Part shown: positions 19,681 to 28,469 of the stretch, in pieces
Layout: each line of letters opens with the position of its first letter
How positions within the stretch are numbered: the stretch's first letter is position 1
The notes under the pieces: model-generated
The model's database searches: none
Told to the model about the DNA's origin: nothing
The model's input: the letters and a program-made list of their open reading frames with translations, nothing else
Assembly: GCA_963793305.1 (NCBI GenBank)
Contig: CAWBZV010000005.1
Coordinates: forward strand, 416,001-480,000
Direction of reading: 5' to 3'
DNA from: an uncultured Gemmatimonadales bacterium
Lineage (GTDB): Bacteria; Gemmatimonadota; Gemmatimonadetes; Gemmatimonadales; Gemmatimonadaceae
Length of the DNA: 64,000 bases
Made by a program: the position numbers and the translations under genes

Positions 19681-19850
19681 TCTCGCAATAGCCCCGGTGA
19701 TACTTCAGTAGGGGTAAGTTCCGAGAGGATTCGGTCGGCCTCGTCTCGCCCGGTACGGTGGTCCGTACGCGGCGGTGGACATTTGGTGCCAAATCCGACA
19801 TGGGCGTTGCCGCTCTCGCGACCTTGACCGGACATGGTAGGTTTGCGATC

Positions 19851-21017
19851 ATGCGCCTAAGCGCTATTGTCGCCGCGTTCGCCATATCGCTGCTGGCGGC
19901 GCCGCTCCGCGCACAGTCGGCCCAGGCCCCGCCAGGGTGGCCGACCTTCACGCGCCTGTTCGACGATGCCACCGATCACGACAGCATTGTCGGCGCCAGC
20001 ATCGTGCTCGTCCGCGGCGGCCGCGTCGTGGCGCACCACGAACATGGCTGGGCCGACCGCGCTCGCCACCTTCCCGTGACGGAGCGTACGATCTTCCACT
20101 ACGGCTCTGTCACCAAGACATTGACCGCCATCGCCATCATGCAGCTGCGCGATCGTCACCGGCTGACGTTGGACGATCGCGTGACGAGCTACGTTCCCGA
20201 GCTGCGGCTCGTTCACGACCCGTACGGTTCTATAGATAGCGTGACGATTCGCATGCTCCTCTCCCACGCGGCGGGTTTCCAAAACCCCACCTGGCCCTAC
20301 ACCACCGGCGCAACCTGGGAGCCCTTCGAGCCCACGACCTGGAACCAGCTCGTGGCGATGATGCCCTATCAGGAGCTCTCGTTCCCGCCTGGCTCGCGCT
20401 ACAGCTACTCGAACCCGGGGTTCATTTACCTGGGCCGCATCATCGAGCAGTTGAGCGGCGATCCTTGGGAGACCTACATCCAGAAGAACCTCTTCTCGCC
20501 ACTCGGTCTCTCGCACAGCTACTTCGGCGTCACTCCGTACTACCTCGCCGCGGACCGATCCCACAACTACACGCGCGTCCGCGACTCCTCCGGCCATGAG
20601 TTCGTCCGCGACAACGGCGCGGATTTCGACCCCGGCATCACGATTCCCAATGGCGGTTGGAACGCCCCCCTGTCCGACCTTGCCGCCTATCTCGCCTTTC
20701 TCACGGGCGCCACACCAGACAGCGTGGTCCTGGCACGATCCAGCCTGACCGAGATGTGGCGCGCACGCTATCGGACGTCCAATGACACAGTCGTGGTGCC
20801 GGATTCGATCGGCCTCTCGTTCTTCGTGCTTCACCGCGGACAGGATACGTTCATCGGCCACACGGGAAGCCAAGCCGGATTCCTGGCCTTCCTGTACCTT
20901 AATCCCGCCAGTGGTGCGGCCGTTGTCGCGACGTTCAACACGGCGAGCGAGATTCCAACGTCCACGCCGTCGGCCTTCCGGCGCATTCGGGAGGCCGCCC
21001 TCACCTTGATTCAATAG
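19851..21017 (+). CDS. Serine hydrolase, beta-lactamase/D-peptidase family
   Basis: SVTK (SxxK), YSN, HTG; signal peptide. Confidence 0.92.
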   Translation: MRLSAIVAAFAISLLAAPLRAQSAQAPPGWPTFTRLFDDATDHDSIVGASIVLVRGGRVVAHHEHGWADRARHLPVTERTIFHYGSVTKTLTAIAIMQLRDRHRLTLDDRVTSYVPELRLVHDPYGSIDSVTIRMLLSHAAGFQNPTWPYTTGATWEPFEPTTWNQLVAMMPYQELSFPPGSRYSYSNPGFIYLGRIIEQLSGDPWETYIQKNLFSPLGLSHSYFGVTPYYLAADRSHNYTRVRDSSGHEFVRDNGADFDPGITIPNGGWNAPLSDLAAYLAFLTGATPDSVVLARSSLTEMWRARYRTSNDTVVVPDSIGLSFFVLHRGQDTFIGHTGSQAGFLAFLYLNPASGAAVVATFNTASEIPTSTPSAFRRIREAALTLIQ

Positions 21018-21026
21018 GAGAGACCC

Positions 21027-22334
21027 GTGCCCCTCCTGCACGCCGCGATACTCGCGCTCATCATGCAGAGTCCGGATTCGGGCGTGACGGCGCTCCGTGC
21101 CGCTCGACTCCTCGATCCCAAAACCGGCACGATCACCACGAACGCCGTCGTCGTCGTCCAATTGGGTGTGATCAAGGCCGCGGGTGCCGGGGTCGCAATT
21201 CCGTCCGGCGCGACCGTCATCGACTTGGGCGCCGTCACATTGCTGCCCGGACTCATCGACTGCCACACCCACCTCTTGCAGAACTACAAAGGGGCATACG
21301 GTGGCGATGATCCCAACATGGCGCTCACCGTGGCCACGCTGGGCACGACCCGTCGCGTCCTCCTCGGGGTCGCGATGGGCCGGCAAGACCTCGAGGCCGG
21401 AATCACCACGGTGCGCGATGTCGGCAACTCCGGTTGGGGTGGCGACGTCGCGCTGCGCGATGCGATTGCTGACGGATGGGTGACCGGGCCGCGCATCATC
21501 GCATCGACGCGTGCGCTGGCTGCAGCCGGCGGCCAGTTCGGCACACTCGCTCCGGAAGCGCAGCCGCTCATTCAGCAGGAATACGTCGTCGTGAGCGGCG
21601 TCGAGGACGCGCGCCGGGCCGTCCGACAGGCGTTCTACGACGGCGCCGATCTCATCAAAGTCATCGTGAACACGGGACCGCGCGTCGTCTCGCTCGAGGA
21701 GATGAAGGTCATTGTCGACGAGGCCCACCGTGTCGGCAAACGCGTCGCGGCCCACGCGACCAACGATTCCGCGACGCGGATCGCGGCCCTGGCTGGTGTG
21801 AACTCCGTGGAGCACGGCTATACGATTTCCGACGACGCGCTACGCATGATGGCGGCGAAAGGTATCTATCTCGTCCCGACCGACTACCCGGCTGCTTTCT
21901 ACGCTGACGCTCTGGCCCCGAGCGGACGGAGTGCGGCGGAGCACGATCGCGAGCTCGCCGAGGCGCGCGAGTTCGAGGCGCACTCGCGCGAGCGTCTGAC
22001 CCGCGCCATCAAACTCGGCGTCCGGATCGCGTTCGGCTCTGACGAGTATTACGACGTCTCTGGTCGAACGCGCGGCCAGGCGAGCCTCCTGCCGCTCGAA
22101 GCCTATCAAAACGACGGCATGTCCCCACTCGATGTGATCCGCGCCGCCACCATCAACGCCGCCGATCTCATTGGGTGGGGCGACCGGCTGGGCGTGATCG
22201 AGGCGGGGAGGCGCGCTGATATCATCGCGGTCGATGGCGATCCGCTGAAGGACGTACGCACCCTCGAGCACGCCCGCTTCGTCATGAAAGACGGCATCGT
22301 CGTCCGCAACGACGTGGCCGGCGCTGCCAGGTAG
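21027..22334 (+). CDS. Amidohydrolase (Xaa-Pro dipeptidase-like)
   Basis: PGLIDCHTH, GITTVRD, IK, AAHA, SVEHG, GSD, ADIIAVDGDPL. Confidence 0.92.
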   Translation: MPLLHAAILALIMQSPDSGVTALRAARLLDPKTGTITTNAVVVVQLGVIKAAGAGVAIPSGATVIDLGAVTLLPGLIDCHTHLLQNYKGAYGGDDPNMALTVATLGTTRRVLLGVAMGRQDLEAGITTVRDVGNSGWGGDVALRDAIADGWVTGPRIIASTRALAAAGGQFGTLAPEAQPLIQQEYVVVSGVEDARRAVRQAFYDGADLIKVIVNTGPRVVSLEEMKVIVDEAHRVGKRVAAHATNDSATRIAALAGVNSVEHGYTISDDALRMMAAKGIYLVPTDYPAAFYADALAPSGRSAAEHDRELAEAREFEAHSRERLTRAIKLGVRIAFGSDEYYDVSGRTRGQASLLPLEAYQNDGMSPLDVIRAATINAADLIGWGDRLGVIEAGRRADIIAVDGDPLKDVRTLEHARFVMKDGIVVRNDVAGAAR

Positions 22335-22422
22335 GCCCTAGGGCGCCACGAACGCCCTTGAGCTACCTTGGCCCATGCTCGCTTATCATGACGCAGCCTA
22401 TCAACGTCACCCGGAGCGTCAG

Positions 22423-22851
22423 ATGTCGGATTTCGTCACGTACCGCGGCGCGATTTTGCCGTGGCATTGTGATCACATGGGCCACATGAACGTGATGTGG
22501 TACGTCGGCAAGTTTGACGAGGCCAGCTGGAATCTGTTCGCGCACATAGGGCTCACGCCGTCGTACCTGCGCCAAGCGACGTACGGGATGGCCGGTGTGC
22601 AGCAGAACATCACGTACAGTCGTGAGCTACTGGCCGGCAACGTCATCGAGATTCGAAGTCATCTCGTCGAGGCGCGAGCGCGGCTGATACGCTTTGTCCA
22701 CACCATGCGCAACGCCGAGCGCGATGAAGTGGCGGCGACGTGTGATTTGACGGCTGTGCATCTTGACCGTCGTTCACGGAAAGCGTGTGCGTTGCCCGAT
22801 GCGGTGCGCGGGGCCGCAGAGCGGCTCGTGACGCGGCCAGGCTCACCGTAG
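22423..22851 (+). CDS. Acyl-CoA thioesterase (hot-dog fold)
   Basis: WHCDHMGHMNV..Y. Confidence 0.88.
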   Translation: MSDFVTYRGAILPWHCDHMGHMNVMWYVGKFDEASWNLFAHIGLTPSYLRQATYGMAGVQQNITYSRELLAGNVIEIRSHLVEARARLIRFVHTMRNAERDEVAATCDLTAVHLDRRSRKACALPDAVRGAAERLVTRPGSP

Positions 22852-23378
22852 ACTGCGCTCGCGTTCAGCGCGCCGTCGGCATTCGCGCCCGACGCGGTAT
22901 CGAGTCGCGCTCAACAGGATCTTGGGCACGCTCGGTGAGCTCGTGCCGGCGACTTCCGATGCCGAGGTCATCCCAATGCGCGAACGCGCGCACGATCAGC
23001 CCGACCATGGAGGCGTTCGTTCTTCGCAATGGCCGGTGGGTGAACCCATTCTGGCATCTGGGTAAATCGGTCAGATGTCGCTCACGGAGCTTCATCTATC
23101 CTGGTCTCCGCGCTCGGACGGGTTGTCAGCGGCGTTTCGTCTGGTTCTGTCTTGGGCATTGCGGCGCGAATCTGCTGCGGTTGTTGGGTCCGTTCAGAGA
23201 CGTCGTGCCAGTCATTCGGCTATCAAGAGTGCGCGACCACTCACCACCTGAGACCTTCGGTCACGATGCCATCGTCCGCAATCCTGGCCCCCGTCGGTGC
23301 CATCGCGCGTCTGGTCGGCCGTGGGCGGCGGACGACGGGCGCGGCGACGGAGGCGCACGTCTCGAATCTGACCGTGAG

Positions 23379-23990
23379 GTGAGCGCGGGGGCGTGGGTTG
23401 CGCTCGCTGCGCTCGCGCTGAACTGCGCGAGCACGTGGGATTCTCCCGAGACGGAGCCGCATCATCATTTGGTGCTGGCGAACGATCGGGTCCGCGTGTT
23501 CGACGTTCGCGTGGCTCCGCACGATGGGACTCCGCTGTACGCGCACGACCATGACCATTTAACGGTCACGATCGGGCCGGCGCGGATGTCGGATATCCCG
23601 TACCATGACTACGTCCACACCATGGTGCGCGAGCTGCGCGGTGGGGAAGTGGAGTTCACGGAGAATACCGCGGTCCACTCCGAGGACAACATTGGCAGCG
23701 CGCCATTTCACGAGGTCGTGATCGACTTCGTACGCCCGTCGATCAACGTGAGCCCGTGCGCGGCGCCTTGCGTCTTCAGGTCGGATCATTGGGCTGTTTC
23801 GTCGGTCACGCTGGCGCCGTCGGCGCGCATCGTGACTGGCGAAGCGGTGATCGTCGCGTTGTCGGCGGTCAACCTGACCCAGGCCGGGCCGGCTTTCAGC
23901 GGCGGCCCGGGTGGGGTCGCGTCCATGCACGGACCCATCGCCAACGTTGGGACGGCCGACGCGCGATTCGTCTTGCTCGAGCTCAAGTAG
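23379..23990 (+). CDS. Secreted cupin-like protein
   Basis: EPHHHLVLANDRVRV, HDHD, VHSEDN; signal peptide. Confidence 0.7.
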   Translation: MSAGAWVALAALALNCASTWDSPETEPHHHLVLANDRVRVFDVRVAPHDGTPLYAHDHDHLTVTIGPARMSDIPYHDYVHTMVRELRGGEVEFTENTAVHSEDNIGSAPFHEVVIDFVRPSINVSPCAAPCVFRSDHWAVSSVTLAPSARIVTGEAVIVALSAVNLTQAGPAFSGGPGGVASMHGPIANVGTADARFVLLELK

Positions 23991-24017
23991 ACGTTGGCGG
24001 CGTTCTGCCCCGGCGCT

Positions 24018-24494
24018 TTACGGCGTCGAGTCGTGCTGGGTGTTCGCGTGCACGATCACGTGCCACCCGCGTGCATCCTTGCGCCAGATGTCGAGCCAGG
24101 CCGCGGTGAATGCGAAGTGCTGCCGAGCGCCATCGGCCGGTGTCACGACGCCACGGATGCGGGCATGGCCGATCACCGTGGCGGTGCGGCCGTCGGGTGA
24201 GATGTCGATCCGAGGTGGCTCGATCAGCGACGCTTCCGTGAACATTCTGCCCCCGAGATACGTGCCGGCTTCCGCGAGATGTTCGGCGCGCGTGCGTGAC
24301 TGCACATCGCCGTCGGCGATCACGAGCACCGTGTCCGCGTCGGCTGCCACGAAGCCCGCGGGGTCGCTCGCGAGGTGCGCATCACCCACGGCTTGTAGCG
24401 CTTGCAGAATCGCCGCGCGGTCGGCGGCTCTGTCGGGCGTAACACAAGCGACGAGAGTCATGCCAATACCTATGTACAGGATCAAGCTGCGCAT
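24018..24494 (-). CDS. NTF2-like (DUF4440/SnoaL) lipoprotein
   Basis: Lipobox LVAC; DRAAIL, WRKDARGWHVI. Confidence 0.8.
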   Translation of the reverse strand: MRSLILYIGIGMTLVACVTPDRAADRAAILQALQAVGDAHLASDPAGFVAADADTVLVIADGDVQSRTRAEHLAEAGTYLGGRMFTEASLIEPPRIDISPDGRTATVIGHARIRGVVTPADGARQHFAFTAAWLDIWRKDARGWHVIVHANTQHDSTP

Positions 24495-24564
24495 GTGGTG
24501 TGTTCCGGGAAGCTGCCGTGATGGTTCTGCGGAGTGCGATACCGTCGAGTTCAGGCCCTGCGTT

Positions 24565-24582
24565 GTCTAGAACGATGCCAAC
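24565..24582 (-). promoter_or_regulatory. Regulon box 2
   Basis: GTTGGCATCGTTCTAGAC; 13 nt before TTGACC-18-TAGCAT on + strand. Confidence 0.7.
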
Positions 24583-24657
24583 ATCTCTGTATGGTTTGAC
24601 CGCGCGAGGGGCGCAATGATAGCATGACCATCATTGCACTCTCACCAGGAGCGGGTG

Positions 24658-25755
24658 ATGCGCTTTTCAGTGTGGGCGCTCGCGACGTACGGCGCGACGG
24701 TCCTTGGTAGTCGCCCGGCTCACTTCACATTGACAATCGACGAGAGCGGCGCACAGGCCGTCCTCGAGGCGGCCACGGCTGACTCGTCGCACGCCGCCGC
24801 CGCGGCGGATGCGGCGCTCGAGAACCGCGCGGTACGTGCAATGATCGCGAAGATGGCGAAGTATGACTCGACGGTCACTCCCGCTGCGTTCAAGGCTGCT
24901 GTCCGCGCGTTGGCCAGCGGCGGTTCGGGACAGCCATTCGATCTGGACCGGTTACGGTCGGATCCGGCCCCTACGCGGCGGATGCTCGAACGAGTCACGC
25001 GTGATAGCGCTGTCATCGCGCGCCAGCTGGCTGACCGCTTGCAGTCGTTCACGCCGGAAGGAGTCGACGTGCAGGCGACGCTGTTCGTTCTCGTCGGCGC
25101 GGCGCATCAGAATGGCTGGGTGCCCGATGGGGAGAAGGCAAGCTTCTACGTCGACCTTGGGTTTCACGGCGAGGAGCTCGAGAGCGTGGAGAACGTCGCG
25201 ACGCACGAGCTCTTTCACGTCGTACAAGAAGTGTCGCGGCCTGGATTCGATGACGATTTCACCGACCGCCCTGACCTCCCCGTCGCGGCGCGCGAACGAC
25301 GCCGGGCCCATGCCGTGCTCACCAACCTGGTGATCGAGGGCATGGCCACCTACGTGGGTGACGCGGCGCGCTATCCATCACCCGGGCCGCGGCTGACCCG
25401 CGAGCAGGGGGAGCTCCGGCGTGAGCTGGGCCGGGCCGGTGACATCTTCGGGTTGTTCGACACGATCCTCTACCGGGCGCGGCATGATCCCGATGCACCG
25501 CTCGCGACGCTGCTGCGCATCGGGTTCGGCGGGCAGTGGGACCAAACGGGGTACTATGTCGGGTATCGGATGGCCAAGACCATCGATCGCTACGCCGGTC
25601 GCGACCGCCTGCGTGCCTTGGTCACTGTGCCGCCTGAGGCGTTTGTGGCCGAGTATATCCGGATCGCTCGGGCTCACCCCGGAGACCCGGAGATCACGCC
25701 GCTCGCACCGGCGTCGATTGCGACGGTCGAGGAGCTCGCGGTGCCGCGTTCGTGA
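24658..25755 (+). CDS. Putative Zn-dependent protease (DUF2268/DUF5700-like)
   Basis: HELFH...EGMATY...GYYVG. Confidence 0.75.
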   Translation: MRFSVWALATYGATVLGSRPAHFTLTIDESGAQAVLEAATADSSHAAAAADAALENRAVRAMIAKMAKYDSTVTPAAFKAAVRALASGGSGQPFDLDRLRSDPAPTRRMLERVTRDSAVIARQLADRLQSFTPEGVDVQATLFVLVGAAHQNGWVPDGEKASFYVDLGFHGEELESVENVATHELFHVVQEVSRPGFDDDFTDRPDLPVAARERRRAHAVLTNLVIEGMATYVGDAARYPSPGPRLTREQGELRRELGRAGDIFGLFDTILYRARHDPDAPLATLLRIGFGGQWDQTGYYVGYRMAKTIDRYAGRDRLRALVTVPPEAFVAEYIRIARAHPGDPEITPLAPASIATVEELAVPRS

Positions 25756-25773
25756 GCGTGTACCCGATGCGTT

Positions 25774-25791
25774 GTCTTGAACGAACCCAAC
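25774..25791 (-). promoter_or_regulatory. Regulon box 3
   Basis: GTTGGGTTCGTTCAAGAC; 14 nt before TTGACG-17-TAGCAT-7-ATG. Confidence 0.75.
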
Positions 25792-25841
25792 GTACGATCG
25801 CGGGTTTGACGGCATGCGTCCGCCGTGATAGCATGGGCACC

Positions 25842-26780
25842 ATGTTCGCGCGAGCGTGGTGTGCGGCTCTGTTTGTGCTCGGCGCAGGCGTGGTGGGCGC
25901 GCAGCCCGTGCTGTTCGCGCCCGGTGTGGTGTCGACGCCGGACAATGAGCGCAACGCGACGTTCACGCCGGACGGCGACACGGTGTATTTCGTCAAGCGT
26001 GGTGCGGGTGGTGCGTATTACTCGGCCATTTGCATCAGTGCGCGCATCCACGGTCGCTGGACGACGCCACGCATCGCGCCGTTCTCCGGTCGATACATCG
26101 ATGCCGATCCAGCCATCTCGCCCGACGGGCGGACGTTGGTGTTCACGTCCACTCGCGGCGGTGCGTCGCATCTCTGGGTCGTGCGCCGGACGAGTGATGG
26201 TGGATGGAGCGAGCCGGATGCGTTACCGGCGCCGATAGCGTCGGATGCGGCCGAAGGCACGCCGTCGTTCGGTCCCGATGGGAGCCTTTATTTCAGCTCG
26301 AATCGCCCGGGTGGTGCGGGGTCCTTTGACCTCTATGTCGCCGCTCGCGACGGTGACCATTGGTCGGCGCCGGTCGCGCTCGCGGCCGTCAATACGGCGG
26401 CCGCGGAGTTCTCGCCGGCAGTCTCGAAGGATGGCACGCTCCTCGTGTTCGCATCGGTGGGGCGTCCCGACGAAATCCTCGGCGCTGGCAGGATATACCG
26501 GAGAGGGGATCTCTATGTCAGTCGCAAAGTCGGCGAGGGGTGGGGACCTCCAGTTCATCTGCCGCCGCCGATCAACTCCGCGGCGGCGGAGTGTTGCGTG
26601 AGCTTTTCACCCGATGGAGAAACGATGTACTTCACGAGCGAGCGGGGTTTCGCGATGGATACGCCGACGCAGGCATTGACGTGGACGGGGATGCGTCAAG
26701 GGCTGCAGTCGATTCTCAACGGCCTTGGGAACATTTACGCGATACAGACGCGCGAGGTGCGCGCGTTGGTCACACCATGA
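25842..26780 (+). CDS. PD40/TolB-like beta-propeller protein
   Basis: Repeated (S/T)PDGxxxxFxSxR units; signal peptide. Confidence 0.85.
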   Translation: MFARAWCAALFVLGAGVVGAQPVLFAPGVVSTPDNERNATFTPDGDTVYFVKRGAGGAYYSAICISARIHGRWTTPRIAPFSGRYIDADPAISPDGRTLVFTSTRGGASHLWVVRRTSDGGWSEPDALPAPIASDAAEGTPSFGPDGSLYFSSNRPGGAGSFDLYVAARDGDHWSAPVALAAVNTAAAEFSPAVSKDGTLLVFASVGRPDEILGAGRIYRRGDLYVSRKVGEGWGPPVHLPPPINSAAAECCVSFSPDGETMYFTSERGFAMDTPTQALTWTGMRQGLQSILNGLGNIYAIQTREVRALVTP

Positions 26781-28057
26781 TGCACACGCTCGCGGTGCTC
26801 CTTGTCGCGGCGCTCGTGGGGGATACGGCGCCGGCGCCCGAGATGATCGCGCCGGGCGTCATCTCGACGGAGTTCGACGAGTTCGGCGGCGCGCTGACGC
26901 CGGATGGCGATACGATGTATTTCTCGCGTGGGGTCACGCGATCCTACACGTACGCCATCCTTCGGAGTCACCGGACGCGTGCGGGGTGGAGCACGCCGGA
27001 GATCGCGCCATTTTCGGGTCGCTTTCGCGATCATGATCCGGTTCTTGCGCCCGATGGCCGGCGGTTCTATTTCGCGTCGGATCGGCCGATCGATGGCGTG
27101 CGTCCGACCAACTATCACATCTGGGTCATGGATCGGACGCCAAACGGCTTGTCTGAGCCGCGGGTGCTGGGTGCGCCATTCGACCAGTTCGGATTTCTCT
27201 GGTTTCTCTCCGAGACGCGCGACGGCGTGATCTACTTCAACGCGCAACCGGACAACGGGCCCGCCCGCATCTATATGACACGCCGGACGTCGACGGGGTA
27301 CACGGCGCCGGAGCTCTTGCCGAGCGAGGTCAACATCCCGAACTGGGACGCGCGGGAGCCGTATATCTCGCCCGACGACAGTTTCATGGTCTTCGATGCG
27401 GGGCCGGCGGGGGCCGTCAATCTGTACGATCTCTATGTCAGCGATCATTGCAATGGCGCGTGGACGCCGGCGCGGAAGCTGACGGCGCTCAGCACGCCGA
27501 CGCGCGACTATAGCCCGCGGATCACCCCGGACGGTCAGTGGCTGTACTACACGACCGAGCATGGGTTCGCCGACCCGCCGTTGGATCGGGCCCTGACGTA
27601 CGACGAGATGGAGCGGGCGCTTCACGGCGTGCTGAATGGACTCGGCAACATCTATCGGGTGCCGATCGCGGCGGTGCATGACACCACGCCGAGCTTGGAC
27701 AGCATCAATCGGGCGTACATCAAAGCGTACGAGGACTCTGATGCGAAGGCGGTCATCGCCTTCTACGATACCGGCGCGACGGAGCTTTTGGATCATGGCC
27801 GGATGGTGCACGGTCACGACGCGCTCTTGGACTATTGGGGGAAGTGGATCGCGCACAACGGCCGAATCGGGTTGTCGATCTCGGTCGCGAGCACCTGGGT
27901 CACCGGCCCGAGGCTCTACGAGACGGGTACCTACACCACCCGGTTTCACACGAAGAAGGGGACGACGGACAGCGTGAGCGGAAACTACGCTCGAATATGG
28001 AAGCGCCAGTCCGATGGGGCGTGGAAGATCGAGGCGGTGTTCGATACGCCGAAATAG
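26777..28057 (+). CDS. PD40 beta-propeller fused to C-terminal NTF2/DUF4440 domain
   Basis: PD40 repeats followed by YETGTY...GNYARIWKRQSDGAWKI. Confidence 0.85.
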   Translation: MMHTLAVLLVAALVGDTAPAPEMIAPGVISTEFDEFGGALTPDGDTMYFSRGVTRSYTYAILRSHRTRAGWSTPEIAPFSGRFRDHDPVLAPDGRRFYFASDRPIDGVRPTNYHIWVMDRTPNGLSEPRVLGAPFDQFGFLWFLSETRDGVIYFNAQPDNGPARIYMTRRTSTGYTAPELLPSEVNIPNWDAREPYISPDDSFMVFDAGPAGAVNLYDLYVSDHCNGAWTPARKLTALSTPTRDYSPRITPDGQWLYYTTEHGFADPPLDRALTYDEMERALHGVLNGLGNIYRVPIAAVHDTTPSLDSINRAYIKAYEDSDAKAVIAFYDTGATELLDHGRMVHGHDALLDYWGKWIAHNGRIGLSISVASTWVTGPRLYETGTYTTRFHTKKGTTDSVSGNYARIWKRQSDGAWKIEAVFDTPK

Positions 28058-28119
28058 TATCAGACCATGGTCCAGATCCGGCGGACGGCGTGACGCTGGG
28101 TGAAGGTGCACCGCCACGG

Positions 28120-28260
28120 GCGTCGATAGCCCTCCGCACGGGTTTCGCGGATCAGAGTCACTTCACGCGAGCCTTCACGTCGACGGTCGGTTGGCCTGCC
28201 GGTGCCGTCCGCGTGTGGTGTTTGCCGACCTCCGGGTCGTCAGCGAGCAACGTGGCATAG
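28120..28260 (+). pseudogene. C-terminal stub of an AraC regulator
   Basis: IALRTGFADQSHFTRAFTSTVG, with no N-terminal domain. Confidence 0.7.
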
Positions 28261-28306
28261 CGTTCACGTGACGGCAACGTCTCGCACCAATTCGACTTTC
28301 GTCTGT

Positions 28307-28324
28307 GTTGCGTTTGTTCAAGAC
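28307..28324 (+). promoter_or_regulatory. Regulon box 4 (upstream of SusC-1)
   Basis: GTTGCGTTTGTTCAAGAC; CATGTT at +19. Confidence 0.75.
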
Positions 28325-28469
28325 CGGCCACGATGTCACGTCCATGTTGCGCGGTGATACGCGCTCGGTTATGGGCTGCGACGATGCGACCGTCTCAGGC
28401 ATGCGTCCTGGGACGGTTGTCCGCGCCTATTGCGTTCCACCCGCACCCGCGAGAGAGGGGGATCGGCAC

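Noticed and set aside
16734..19750. tRNA-integrated prophage or ICE
   Set aside because: No integrase, phage gene or direct repeat of the tRNA 3' end seen
22865..23095. 76-aa minus-strand ORF with a possible RBS
   Set aside because: No recognisable motif; cannot be distinguished from non-coding sequence
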